DNA of 64,000 nt from Desulfosudaceae bacterium (GCA_963674745.2 CAXXDV010000001.1:1152001-1216000); one strand, 5' to 3'; positions 11,108-21,680 are shown, counted from the first letter of the stretch. Numbers and translations: made by a program. The notes: generated from the sequence alone by a model not told the origin.

Positions 11108-11407
11108 CTATTCCGAAGCGGAGGTTTTTTTGACCTTTTTGATCTCTTCTTTGATCTCTTCCAATTCGTCCCTGGTGGCCAGGCTTGAGCGGGCAAGAAC
11201 CTCTTTTACGGTTTTTTCAACTTTTTCTTCCAGTTTTTCCCGGGATTCATCATACCGTTTCATAAAATCATTAATGAATTTTTTGCCTTCGTTTTCAGAC
11301 AATTCTGCTTTCTTTGCAAAATCCCTGGCCATTTCTTCGACTTCATCCTTGGTTTTCAGCACCATTCCAATACTTGCAAATACCATTTTTTTTACCAGAT
11401 CGATCAT
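11108..11407 (-). CDS. Phasin-family (PHA granule-associated-like) protein
   Basis: Amphipathic coiled coil ending LATRDELEEI; typical upstream partner of ubiB. Confidence 0.7.
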   Translation of the reverse strand: MIDLVKKMVFASIGMVLKTKDEVEEMARDFAKKAELSENEGKKFINDFMKRYDESREKLEEKVEKTVKEVLARSSLATRDELEEIKEEIKKVKKTSASE

Positions 11408-11452
11408 CGTACATCTCCTTTACTGTTAATTTAGAACGCGGCCGGCAACAGC

Positions 11453-14400
11453 CTACCCGGCCAACGTCACCGCGTTTCTCCCCTTTTCTTTTGATCTATA
11501 CAAAGCGTCATCGGCCTGTTTGATCAGTGTTTTCCTGTCTTTGGCGTGAAGCGGGAAACCGGCCACACCGGCGCTGATGGTAACATGAAGCTTGGCCTGT
11601 CCGGAATAGCTGACGGTCATTTCGTCTATTTTTTTTCGCAGGTGCTTGGCCAGAATCATGGCAGATTCCGGATCGGTTTCGTGCAACAGCAGAATCATCT
11701 CTTCACCACCATATCTGGCCACGATATCCGACCCCCGGCAGTTGCTTTTGATCGTGTTGGCGACTTCTTTAAGCACCAGGTCGCCGGCCTGATGCCCCCA
11801 CTTGTCATTAAAATTTTTAAAATGATCAATATCAATCATAATGAGCGACAAGTCCCGACCTTTTCGTTTTGCCAGAAGCAGTTCCTGCTGCAGCGTGTTC
11901 TGAAAATAGTCATGGTTGTACAAGCCGGTCAAGCCGTCCGTAACCGCTTTACGGGAAAGCTCCAGTCTGCCGGCTGCCGCCAGAGATATAATCTCCAGGG
12001 TTTCAATTCGCTCCTGAGTAAAGGCGTGGGTGGTCAGGTTGTTTTCAAAATACAACACCCCGATCAAGACCGATGCCTCATCCGTATTCATCAGAACCGG
12101 CATACAAAGCAACGATTTCACGCCCATACTCTTAATATAGGCCTCTGATTGAAGCGCGGGCAATGTTTCATGTGGGATCTGGGCATTATGCACCACCACA
12201 CTTTTCAATGTCCGGGCAACATAGTTAAGGGTTACCTGAGAAAGGGTGTCCTTCCGGGTGACGGGTATGGATTTCATAATTTCGGCGTCTTTTTCATCAA
12301 CCGTCCACTCCGCTTCTATAAACAACCCGGCACACACGTCCTCGTCTTCGATATCCGCCTGTTCATCAATATTCTCTTTTTTGCGCAGAATCAACAGCCC
12401 TTTCTGCGCCCCGGCAAACTCCACCGAAGACTGGATAATTTTTTCCAGCATGCGGGTATGAATTTTTTCTTCGGCAATGGTTTTCAATGCTTTGCGAAGC
12501 ATGGACAGGTCGATGACCGAGCCGGTCATGGTGCTGGATTGTTCGCCGGTATGGGCGCGAACCTGGAGCGTTGTCGTTGCCTCAGGATAGAGTTGGTTCA
12601 GGCGCTTGACTTTGGCCTCCGCGCCCCAGCGGTGATAAGCCTTTCTGGCTTCCGAAATATACGCCCGCCCGATTTCCTCATAACCTGCCGAAAAATAATA
12701 ATCCGCCGCCAGTTCTCCGACGATGCCCACGTTATGAAGATAATTGTTCTGCCTGGCCAGAACCAGGGCCGAATGATAAAGCGTGGTGAGCGTTTTTTTC
12801 TGTTTTATCCTGTCCAGCTCGGCTTGCAACAGACAATGCTTATGAGCAAAATTTTCAGGACAGCCCCTGGCCCATTTCCCATATTTTCTCAAGGTCCGGC
12901 CGATGATTTTGACGAGCAACCGCTTATCGGCTGTGTCCTGTTCATGATAAAGCCTGGCGGCAGAAAGCCCCCAGTAAAAATAGTGTTCCGCCACATACAT
13001 GGTGCCCATGGCATGATCAACGATCTTGTCCGCCTTAACCGCCAGGTCAAAGCAGGCCTGAAAATTGCCCAGCAGGAACATGATCATTTCTCTTTTGGCA
13101 TAATGAATGAACATGCCCAGCTGCAGGTTTTCGTCCTCTATGGCTTTAAGACGTGTCTCGCGGTCATCCCATTTTGTCTGGAGGGTTTCTTCGTCTTCGC
13201 CGCCTTTGAGTTGAGAAACAATTTCAAAGGTGTCCAGATAGTTGTTCAAAATGAAGGGGGAATCGAGCCGTCTTAAAAACGCACTGCGGCCTTTATGGTC
13301 TTCAAGCACGGCATCCAGGGGGAATCCCGTAAACAAACGATAAGCCGCTGCTACATTAATGCTGTGCCCGGTAAAAAGGATGTCGCCGGTTTCCATGCCG
13401 TGCTTATAGGCCAGGGACAGGTACTGCATACATTCCCGGGCGGGTTCCCGCCAGGGCAGAATAAAATAGGCGTAAATAAAATAGGACCTTGAAAACGATT
13501 TTAAATCACTAAACCGCTCCATGACCTTAAGGCCGACCTTTCCCAGACGGTTACCGTAATCGTAGAAGCCCAGCCGTGACCCCATGATCAACCCCACGGC
13601 GATCATGCCGTAAGCGGCCAGCGTCGGAAGCCCGCGCTTCAGGGACAGGACAACCCCCCGGCTTATGATAACGGCAAACAGGTTGGGGTTGATATAGTAT
13701 GCCGGCGCACCGACCATTGACAGCAGTGTCATAATGGCGTTATCGGTCGGGTCCGTCAATTCCGGCAAATCAGCCAGATCTTCGACTTTGGTGGTTCCCT
13801 GTGCCAGCCTTACGCGAATAATGCTGATGAGCACCCTTAATTTCCCCGGCTTTTTCGGGAGACGGACACCCAGCAGGGATAAAGCCCGCAGCCCGATGGC
13901 CAGGGCTTTGTCGGGCTTGTCAATGGCCGTGTACAGTGTCACCATCAGGGAATAAACCTCAGCCCGCTCAATATTGCCGGCGGCATGATCCAGCATATCA
14001 TCAAAAACCCGTTCGGCACCGTCTATGTCTCCGGTCAAAAAACGGCTTTCACCCAAAAAAAACGACAACCGCCAGCACAGATCATAATCATCCGTCCAGG
14101 CGTTGTCCGGCAGACAGGCGGCCGACAGCGAAAAGAACTTTTCCGCTGAATCATAGGCGGCGGCGCTCCTGGCCTTTTCTCCGGCCATCATGTCCAACCG
14201 GACGAGTTCCAGCTTACTGTCCTCATCGGTTATGACCGGCGCGGCGATGTTCAGGTGCCGGACAATATGAAAAACATTCTCCTGCAGGCCGCCCTCACTG
14301 AGCCGGGCCCGATCCAGCAATATTTGCCCGATTTTCCGGTGAATATCGGGCTTTTCCTGTTCGGAAACAAGAGAATAAGCCGCATCGCGGATCTTTTCGT

Positions 14401-16396
14401 GCTGAAATCGGTAACCATCGCCGTCTTCCCGGATAAGATCCTCGAACAAGGCCACGGTAATATCATCCAGAAGCGATTCAAAAGGCCTGTCCAGGATCTG
14501 ACCGGCAAGTTCCAGATCAAACCGGGTACCGACACAGGCACATATTAAAATTGTCTCCCGCGCATGATCATCCAGAAGGGTGATCTTTTCCGCCATCAGA
14601 TCAACCACATTGTCCGTAATGTCCCGCTGCGCGATTTTTTCATCATCCCATCGCCAGCTGCCATCTTCGTTGGGCTGAAGCAGTTTCGTTTTATATATCA
14701 TGCCCAGAAACTGATTGACGAAAAACGGTGTACCATTGGTTTTTTTATGAACCAGTTCCGCCAATGGCCGGGAATCACTCCGGCTGACTTTCAAAGTGGC
14801 GGCGATGAGGGTGTTGACATGATAGTTGTCAAGCGGCGTTAACACCAGCGTTTCCACACTTTCGCCGTTTTCCGATATGACTTTCAAGGCCTGGCGCAAC
14901 CGGGAGAAATCGGTCGCGTCCCGCCGGTAGGTGGCGACTAAAAACAGGTAACCGAGATCCGTTTCGCCGACTAAAAAATTCAGCAAATCCAGGCTGGCGG
15001 CATCGGCATGGTGGAGATCATCCAGCAAAAGGGTCAGGGGGTGGCTTTTTCGGGCAAACACCCGAATAAAATTTTTAACCGCAAAATTAAACCGGTTTCT
15101 CGCTTCTTCAGCGTCCAGGTCGGCCAGTTCCGGCTGCTTGCCGATCAATATCTCGAGTTCCGGAAGCATATCCGTCAACAGCTTGCCGTTTTTCCCCAGC
15201 GCCGAAAGCAGGTTGGTTTTCCAGGCTGCAAGTCTTTCGCCGGATTCCGCCAAAAGCAGGTTAAGCAGCTCCTGAAAGGCAAAAATGAAACCACTGTAGG
15301 GAACAGAAAAGTTCTGCTTTTCAAACCGGCCTAACGCCACAAAGCCGCTCCGTGTTTCCAAATGTTTTCGGTTTTCATTGATAAAATCGGTTTTCCCCGT
15401 CCCCGCGTCTCCCGAAACAAACAGGACCTTGCTTTCACCTGCTTCCACACACCGATAAGCCGCCCGGAGCTGTTCTGTTTCTGTCTCTCTGCCGATGAGT
15501 TTTTGCGGAATCTTCAGTGTCGAGCCGACATCTCTGGCAGCGATATCAAACCGTTCAATACTGCCCCGTTGCTTAAGCTGATCCAGGCATTTTTGAAGAT
15601 CAACCATCAGGCCCAAACCGCTCTTATAACGATCGGCAGAGTCCTTGGCCATTAGTTTCATAACGATATCCGAAAGCACCGGCGGCAAAGACGAATTCAA
15701 CTCAGAGGGTGGTACCGGCCTCCTGGCCATATGGGCATGAAAATACTCAACCGGATCGGTTAAATCATCAAACGGCAGGCGCTGGGTCAGCATCTCGTAA
15801 AAGGTGACGCCCAGGGAATAAAGATCTGTTTCATAACTGATCGACCGGTTCATCCGGCCGGTCTGTTCCGGCGCCATATAAGCCAGCGTGCCATCAACCA
15901 GAGCGGCCTGGCTTATCTTATCTCTGGCATGGGTCAGTTCCGTGGAAATACCGAAGTCAGTGAGTTTAATGGCTTTTGTGTCCTGGTTGAACAGAATATT
16001 ATGGGGCTTGAGATCTTTGTGAATAATGTTTCTTTTGTGAAGCTTGTCCAGAACCCTGGCAATGGTTATGCCGATATTGAGAAACGTTTCCAGTTCGAGG
16101 GGGGCCTGGTTTATCGACCGGTCCAGGGAAACACCGTTAAAATCCTCAAGAACCAGCGCGAACTTTCCTTCGGCCGCCAGCACATCAAAGACCTTGATAA
16201 CCGCTTCATCATCAATGTTGCGAATCAGTTCATACTCTCTGTTGAAGCGAGCAATCTCTGAAGGAGACGGGCTGTCCGTGTTCAGCATCTTGACAATAAC
16301 CGGCTGACCACTTTCTTCATTGGTGGCACGATAAACCACAGAGGTCATGGTTTCATCGATTTTTTCCGTCAGCCTGTATCCGCAGAAGGTTTCCAT
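11453..16396 (-). CDS. Ser/Thr kinase - AAA/STAND ATPase - GAF - GGDEF diguanylate cyclase
   Basis: HKDLKPHN, DFG and YMAPE kinase motifs; GDAGTGKT P-loop; LLLDDLH Walker B; GAF (GVLYFEN); DIDHFK..ND..GH, RGSD I-site and RYGGEE. Start set at METFCG (16396) rather than 16510. Confidence 0.9.
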   Translation of the reverse strand: METFCGYRLTEKIDETMTSVVYRATNEESGQPVIVKMLNTDSPSPSEIARFNREYELIRNIDDEAVIKVFDVLAAEGKFALVLEDFNGVSLDRSINQAPLELETFLNIGITIARVLDKLHKRNIIHKDLKPHNILFNQDTKAIKLTDFGISTELTHARDKISQAALVDGTLAYMAPEQTGRMNRSISYETDLYSLGVTFYEMLTQRLPFDDLTDPVEYFHAHMARRPVPPSELNSSLPPVLSDIVMKLMAKDSADRYKSGLGLMVDLQKCLDQLKQRGSIERFDIAARDVGSTLKIPQKLIGRETETEQLRAAYRCVEAGESKVLFVSGDAGTGKTDFINENRKHLETRSGFVALGRFEKQNFSVPYSGFIFAFQELLNLLLAESGERLAAWKTNLLSALGKNGKLLTDMLPELEILIGKQPELADLDAEEARNRFNFAVKNFIRVFARKSHPLTLLLDDLHHADAASLDLLNFLVGETDLGYLFLVATYRRDATDFSRLRQALKVISENGESVETLVLTPLDNYHVNTLIAATLKVSRSDSRPLAELVHKKTNGTPFFVNQFLGMIYKTKLLQPNEDGSWRWDDEKIAQRDITDNVVDLMAEKITLLDDHARETILICACVGTRFDLELAGQILDRPFESLLDDITVALFEDLIREDGDGYRFQHEKIRDAAYSLVSEQEKPDIHRKIGQILLDRARLSEGGLQENVFHIVRHLNIAAPVITDEDSKLELVRLDMMAGEKARSAAAYDSAEKFFSLSAACLPDNAWTDDYDLCWRLSFFLGESRFLTGDIDGAERVFDDMLDHAAGNIERAEVYSLMVTLYTAIDKPDKALAIGLRALSLLGVRLPKKPGKLRVLISIIRVRLAQGTTKVEDLADLPELTDPTDNAIMTLLSMVGAPAYYINPNLFAVIISRGVVLSLKRGLPTLAAYGMIAVGLIMGSRLGFYDYGNRLGKVGLKVMERFSDLKSFSRSYFIYAYFILPWREPARECMQYLSLAYKHGMETGDILFTGHSINVAAAYRLFTGFPLDAVLEDHKGRSAFLRRLDSPFILNNYLDTFEIVSQLKGGEDEETLQTKWDDRETRLKAIEDENLQLGMFIHYAKREMIMFLLGNFQACFDLAVKADKIVDHAMGTMYVAEHYFYWGLSAARLYHEQDTADKRLLVKIIGRTLRKYGKWARGCPENFAHKHCLLQAELDRIKQKKTLTTLYHSALVLARQNNYLHNVGIVGELAADYYFSAGYEEIGRAYISEARKAYHRWGAEAKVKRLNQLYPEATTTLQVRAHTGEQSSTMTGSVIDLSMLRKALKTIAEEKIHTRMLEKIIQSSVEFAGAQKGLLILRKKENIDEQADIEDEDVCAGLFIEAEWTVDEKDAEIMKSIPVTRKDTLSQVTLNYVARTLKSVVVHNAQIPHETLPALQSEAYIKSMGVKSLLCMPVLMNTDEASVLIGVLYFENNLTTHAFTQERIETLEIISLAAAGRLELSRKAVTDGLTGLYNHDYFQNTLQQELLLAKRKGRDLSLIMIDIDHFKNFNDKWGHQAGDLVLKEVANTIKSNCRGSDIVARYGGEEMILLLHETDPESAMILAKHLRKKIDEMTVSYSGQAKLHVTISAGVAGFPLHAKDRKTLIKQADDALYRSKEKGRNAVTLAG

Positions 16397-16607
16397 TCCG
16401 GTAATAATTAACCCGTGTGTCCCATACGTTGATTGCGATCGTAAATGCCAGAACACAAAAATTATAAATAATTTCCGGCTATTTGCCAAGACATTTTTAC
16501 GGCCCCACACCCTTGCTTGAATCTACCGGCTTATTTGTTGCCTCTTTACGGTTGCTGCCATATAATTCATCCTGAATCAAACACCGATACAATGAAGGAG
16601 GACATTT

Positions 16608-18401
16608 ATGGCCATCCAAAAATTCCGCAACGTTCATGACATGATGAAAACAACGGTTGACGCGTACCCTGACAAACCGGCCTATCAATGGTTTTCAGAA
16701 ACGGGAAAAGCGGTTGCGCCGATCACATGGCGCGATTTTTATCCGCAGGTCACCAGTGTCGCCAAAAGCCTGATGGCCCTCGGGGTTGAGAAAAACGATA
16801 AAATCAACATATTAAGTTATACCAGTTACCGCTGGATACTCACCGACCTGGGTATAACGACCTGCGGTGCGGCCACCGTCGGAATTTACCAGTCCAACCT
16901 GCCCAAGGACTGCCAGTATATTATCAATCACTCCGATGCGGTCATCGTTTTCGCGGAGAACCAGGCCCAGCTGGACAAGCTGTTTGAAATCAGAAAAGAG
17001 ATTCCCGCCATCCGCAAGGTCATTCTGTTTAACGGCACCCATAATGATGACTGGGTAATGAGCTTTGAAGAATTTCTGGAACTCGGCCGGGATATTGGTG
17101 ATGATGCCCTGCAGAAACGGATTGACGCTACTTCTGCCGACGATGTGGCCGGTATTGTTTATACTTCCGGCACCACCGGCGTTCCCAAGGGTGCGGTGCT
17201 CACCCACGACAACTTCACCTTTACCTCCCAATCCGCTCTGGCCTGTCTTGACGCACACTCAAACGATACGACCTTTCTTTTTCTTCCCATGGCCCACGTG
17301 TTTGCCCGAATCTGCGTCAACCTGGCCCTGCTGGTGGGTGCCAAGACGGTCGTCGCCCGAAGCATCGACACCCTGGTTGATGACCTCAAGACCGCTCAAC
17401 CCGACTGGTTCGCGAGCGTACCCCGCATTTATGAAAAAGTATACGCCAAAGTGGTCAGCGGCGCGGAAGCCAAGGGCGGCGCGGCGCTTAAAATCTTTCA
17501 CTGGGCATGCGCTGTCGGGGACGAGGTCAGCGACTGCCTGCTGAACAAACGCCCCATTCCCGCCATGACCAAACTCAAATACAAAATTGCCACCAAACTG
17601 GTTTTCAGCAAACTGCAGGCCGCCCTGGGCGGCCGGGTCAAATGGTGCATTTCCGGTGCCGCCCCCCTGAACCCGTCCATTGCCAAATTTTTCCATGCCG
17701 CCGGGATTCTGATCTTAGAAGGCATCGGCATGAGTGAAAACACCTCTTTTACCAGTGTCAATCGCCTCGACAATTACCGCTTCGGCTGGGTCGGACAGCC
17801 CGGACCGGGTATTGAACAGAAAGCCGATGAGGACGGCGAAATCCTGTTCCGGGGTCGAAACGTGATGAAAGAGTATTATAAAATGCCGGAGGAAACCGAA
17901 AAAACCATTCTACAGGGCGGCTGGCAACGCACCGGTGATCTGGGCGAAATCGACGCTGACAATTTTCTCAGAATAACCGGCCGAAAAAAAGACCTGATTA
18001 TTACGGCCGGCGGTAAAAACATCGCTCCGTCAGCCATAGAAGGGGTCATCGCCACCTCCAAATACATCGCCCAGGTTTGTGTTATCGGCGATAAACGCAA
18101 GTACCTGACCGCCTTGGTTACGCTGGATCAGGAGACCGTCACCGAATTTGCGGATGATCACGATATTGACTATAACAGCTTTGATGACCTGCTCGCAGAC
18201 GAAGCGATTATCGACCTCATCAACAAAGAGGTGACTGATAAAAACAAGGGCTTTGCCTCGTTTGAATCAATCAAAAAAGTTACCATTGTCCCGGAATTCA
18301 CCATCGAAAACGGCCTGATCACCCCGACTTTCAAGGTTAAAAAAAATATCGTTCAGGACCGCTTCAAGGATGAGATCGATGCCATGTATCCGGGCGAGTA
18401 A
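16608..18401 (+). CDS. fadD: Long-chain fatty acid-CoA ligase (AMP-binding)
   Basis: YTSGTTGVPKG, GIGMSE, TGDLG and GRKKDLIITAGGKNIAP motifs; AGGAGG RBS. Confidence 0.9.
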   Translation: MAIQKFRNVHDMMKTTVDAYPDKPAYQWFSETGKAVAPITWRDFYPQVTSVAKSLMALGVEKNDKINILSYTSYRWILTDLGITTCGAATVGIYQSNLPKDCQYIINHSDAVIVFAENQAQLDKLFEIRKEIPAIRKVILFNGTHNDDWVMSFEEFLELGRDIGDDALQKRIDATSADDVAGIVYTSGTTGVPKGAVLTHDNFTFTSQSALACLDAHSNDTTFLFLPMAHVFARICVNLALLVGAKTVVARSIDTLVDDLKTAQPDWFASVPRIYEKVYAKVVSGAEAKGGAALKIFHWACAVGDEVSDCLLNKRPIPAMTKLKYKIATKLVFSKLQAALGGRVKWCISGAAPLNPSIAKFFHAAGILILEGIGMSENTSFTSVNRLDNYRFGWVGQPGPGIEQKADEDGEILFRGRNVMKEYYKMPEETEKTILQGGWQRTGDLGEIDADNFLRITGRKKDLIITAGGKNIAPSAIEGVIATSKYIAQVCVIGDKRKYLTALVTLDQETVTEFADDHDIDYNSFDDLLADEAIIDLINKEVTDKNKGFASFESIKKVTIVPEFTIENGLITPTFKVKKNIVQDRFKDEIDAMYPGE

Positions 18402-18403
18402 AC

Positions 18404-18660
18404 GTGTTAAGGTTTTAGCGTTTTAAGGTTTTAGGGTTTGGGGTGAGGAGGGTTGGGGCTATAAAGTTTTAGTGGTTAAGTGATTATGTGTTTATGTGAT
18501 TAAGGGGGTTAGGCTTGGAGATCGGGGATTGGAAAGAAGGGGCTCTGGCGCTTAAATGGTTCGGGGTTTTATGGTTTTAGAGTGTTAAAGTTTTAGGGTG
18601 CCGGGGCTATAAAGCTTTAGTGGTTAAGTGATTATGTGTTTATGTGATTAAGCGGTTAGG
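18404..18660 (+). repeat. G/T-rich degenerate 8-bp-period repeat array containing a 50-bp direct repeat (18455-18504 and 18603-18652)
   Basis: Units such as GTTTTAGG, GTTTTAAG, GTGATTAT and GTGTTTAT; the two 50-mers differ at one base. Confidence 0.85.
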
Positions 18661-18703
18661 TAATCTTTTGACCGGTCGCACCACAAAAGCTTTTGCTTTG
18701 TGG

Positions 18704-20515
18704 TTATTGTTTCATCCAGCCCCAAGCGTTTCGGTCGGGAATAACGTTTTGATAAAGAACGACTTCTTTATCATCGTCTGTGCAAAAAACACTGATTCCA
18801 CCATCTTGCGACACTACAATAGCAATTGCATCTTCATCTTCGCTGCAGTATCCGAATGCTGATCGATGACGCATTCCGAACCCGTCTAGCTTCTTACTGC
18901 CAACTTCGATAGTTCCTGGACCAATACCGATAGCGCGTGCCATACATTTAACTTCCGTATTGGGCGGTGCCGGTTTATACGAAATCTCCGTACCAAACCC
19001 TTGTATCAATAAATCATCGCTAATAATAGTAGCACCATCAACGGCCGTAAGAGCCGCCACTGTGTCAATTGCACGGGTCAGTGCTCGGCGAGAGAAGTGA
19101 GCTTGTTCGATCATGGACGCGTTATTGTTGAATTCCGGTTGCTTTAATGATTCCTCAATCTCTGCATAACTCACAATGGCTTTTCGAAGAATCGCTGCAT
19201 CAGTGTTGTGTTTATGGGTCAATCGTTGATCACATTTAGCTCCAAGCAACAATGTTCCACCATGAGCATTAGCAACCATTTTTTGGATAATTTTGCAAAG
19301 CGCAAATTCACCGACTGCGGATGCGGATATAGATCGGCTTTCTTCCGGCAAAGCCTGTTGAAACCATTTTCTGAGTCGTTTCACCCCCACAATGGGTTGA
19401 AAATAATGGCTTCGTCCATTTCTTAACTCCCAATGATGGTTGCTGTCTACTATTTGGATATGTCCTGCTCCAAGAACGCGGAGTCGGAGATCCACCTCCG
19501 TAACTGATCTGGAAGCCTTTCTAACGAACGACCACCGCAATACGTCATCTTGCCATTTTTTTTGCAACTCTAAATCTGTAATTCCTCGTATTTCAAGTGA
19601 AGCATGGTCAGCACGTGGACAGACAATCAAATGGCGGAAACCAAGACCGATTGTCGGTGCCAGCTTTACAAGATTCTTCGTTGAATATTCTGCAGTAAAC
19701 GGGATTTCCACAAATTCAGATGTAGCCTCGAATTTGATCTTAAAACGAACAGGTCTTCCCTCTTCATTTTGCAGGCTAGCATCATACGCATTTACAACCA
19801 TATCTCGAAGAAATGTGCATGGATTGGGCCGCCGTTCATATGCGATTGATTCAAAAAACTTACAATATTCTTCGGCGAGGCCTTCAGGACCACAACGAAC
19901 TGTCGAGTCCTTGATTCTTTGCTGAACTTGCTTGCGGTGGGCTTCCAACAAAAAAACAAACTCTTTAGACATTGAAGAAAACCACTCCGGAGCGTTGCCG
20001 TCCCAGAGGCCACCAAGTTGCCCGCTGTTGGTTGGGTCTAGGAAGTTTCCATTACCTTCAAGTTGCTTTAGGGCTCTAAAATCGGTTATTAAAGCCTGCA
20101 TAAGATCGTTTTCTGCATCAACAGAAACTATTTCTCGAACCGACGATAATGCTAATTGTATAATATCAAAAGCCGACGAAGACATCTCGTCCACATCGTT
20201 GTGGCTTGGCGTGGCATTATTAAGACGAAATAATCGGTGCTTCAACTGAACCGCCTTACGAATCGCCTCGTCAGCTTTGATAATTGGCATTGAATCCCCA
20301 GAATACTGGGCCAATCCACAACCTTCAATTTCTCCTGTTTGGCAGAATGACTCAACAGTATCGAGCCCAAAACTTAGTCTTGTAGCAGTTTCTATGCGAC
20401 TTTCTTGTTCGTTTTCGGAGAGAATGGGGAGAATGCGCCGAGCTAGCCGCACAACTAAGGCGAGCAACTGTCGGCCGCTAAGGGATGCAAGATCATTTTG
20501 GGTGAGCTTATCCAA
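18704..20515 (-). CDS. DisA_N/diadenylate cyclase (DAC) domain protein with large N-terminal region (DACNV-sensor-like)
   Basis: HGGTLL, AVDGAT...GFG, GMRHRSA and AIVVSQDG (DGA and RHR motifs); TTG start. Confidence 0.75.
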   Translation of the reverse strand: MDKLTQNDLASLSGRQLLALVVRLARRILPILSENEQESRIETATRLSFGLDTVESFCQTGEIEGCGLAQYSGDSMPIIKADEAIRKAVQLKHRLFRLNNATPSHNDVDEMSSSAFDIIQLALSSVREIVSVDAENDLMQALITDFRALKQLEGNGNFLDPTNSGQLGGLWDGNAPEWFSSMSKEFVFLLEAHRKQVQQRIKDSTVRCGPEGLAEEYCKFFESIAYERRPNPCTFLRDMVVNAYDASLQNEEGRPVRFKIKFEATSEFVEIPFTAEYSTKNLVKLAPTIGLGFRHLIVCPRADHASLEIRGITDLELQKKWQDDVLRWSFVRKASRSVTEVDLRLRVLGAGHIQIVDSNHHWELRNGRSHYFQPIVGVKRLRKWFQQALPEESRSISASAVGEFALCKIIQKMVANAHGGTLLLGAKCDQRLTHKHNTDAAILRKAIVSYAEIEESLKQPEFNNNASMIEQAHFSRRALTRAIDTVAALTAVDGATIISDDLLIQGFGTEISYKPAPPNTEVKCMARAIGIGPGTIEVGSKKLDGFGMRHRSAFGYCSEDEDAIAIVVSQDGGISVFCTDDDKEVVLYQNVIPDRNAWGWMKQ

Positions 20516-20520
20516 TCGAA

Positions 20521-20666
20521 ACCTTAATCACATAATCACCTAAACACATAACCACTTAACTACCAGAGCCGAGGCCCTCCGCGCCCCAAACCCTAAAACT
20601 TTAAAACTCTAAAACCATAAAGCCCTTAACCACCAGCGCCCCGGACCCTCGCACCTCAAACCCAAA
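20521..20666 (-). repeat. C/A-rich 8-bp-period array, inverted counterpart of 18404-18660
   Basis: The reverse complement of 20590-20621 matches 18568-18599 at 31/32 nt; 20523-20560 resembles the reverse complement of 18475-18504. Confidence 0.85.
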
Positions 20667-21680
20667 TCAAAGGTCCACCCCATTGATCAGGGTCTGACAA
20701 TAAGCACAGCGACCGTTTGTAATGCGGTAGTTTTTCAATTCATAATAGCCGGCCCGTTCGACGATTATTTTACCGCAATCCGGGCAATAGGTATTTTCGC
20801 TGGGGTGTCCGTGAACGTTGCCGATGTAGACATATTTCAAACCGGCTTTCAAACCGATTTCACGTGCCCGGGTCAGGCTTCCGATCGGTGTCGGCGAAAC
20901 ATCCATGAGCTTGTAGGCGGGCTGAAAACGGCTGATATGCCAGGGGGTTTCCGGGCCCAGTTCATTGACCAGAAATTCGGACAGGTTTTTAAGCTCCTGT
21001 TCCGAATCGTTCATCCCCGGAACCACCAGGGTGGTCACCTCCACAAAAACGCCCCTTCTTTGAAAATGCTTCAGGCTTTCCTTTACGGGCTCCAGTCGCG
21101 CCTCGCACAATTCCTGGTAAAACTCATCATTGTAGCTTTTTAAATCAACACTGGCCGCGTCAAGATAAGGGGCGATCATATCGATGGCATCGGTGGACAT
21201 ATAACCGTTGGTTACAAAAACGTTTTTCAAGCCCTTTTCGTGAGCCAGCAAGGCCGTATCATAACAGAACTCAAAGTTCACCGTGGGTTCCGTATAGGTA
21301 TAGGCAATACTGCCACACTTGTTTTTCAGGGCATCGTCGACCACGTCGGCGGCGGAAAAAACGTTTTCACCCACCCTTCCGGCTTCCCGGGGCATCTGTG
21401 AAATTTCGGCATTCTGACAGAACGCACACCGAAAGTTACACCCAGCGGCGCCGATGGAATACGTCTGGCTTCCCGGCATCACATGGAAGAGGGGTTTTTT
21501 CTCGATGGGATCGGGATTGATGGCGACCAGCCGACTGTATACCAGCGTTTCTAAGACACCGTTCACATTCTGCCTGACTTTGCATTTGCCGAAGCCGTTG
21601 TTGTTGATGACACATCGATGATTGCATAGCAGGCATTGCACCTTCTTGTCTTCAATGGTTTCATAGAACAACGCTTCCAC
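20667..21680 (-). CDS. amrS: AmmeMemoRadiSam system radical SAM enzyme
   Basis: CLLCNHRC, DPIEKKPLFH, GCNFRCAFCQN (CxxxCxxC), YTYTEP and CPDCG motifs. Confidence 0.9.
   Translation of the reverse strand: MEALFYETIEDKKVQCLLCNHRCVINNNGFGKCKVRQNVNGVLETLVYSRLVAINPDPIEKKPLFHVMPGSQTYSIGAAGCNFRCAFCQNAEISQMPREAGRVGENVFSAADVVDDALKNKCGSIAYTYTEPTVNFEFCYDTALLAHEKGLKNVFVTNGYMSTDAIDMIAPYLDAASVDLKSYNDEFYQELCEARLEPVKESLKHFQRRGVFVEVTTLVVPGMNDSEQELKNLSEFLVNELGPETPWHISRFQPAYKLMDVSPTPIGSLTRAREIGLKAGLKYVYIGNVHGHPSENTYCPDCGKIIVERAGYYELKNYRITNGRCAYCQTLINGVDL

Noticed and set aside
11546..13276. 200-aa and 375-aa plus-strand ORFs
   Set aside because: Antisense to the kinase-GGDEF gene; no recognisable domains.
18455..18652. 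50-bp direct repeats as a CRISPR array
   Set aside because: Only two copies, low complexity, the 98-bp spacer is itself repetitive, and there are no cas genes.
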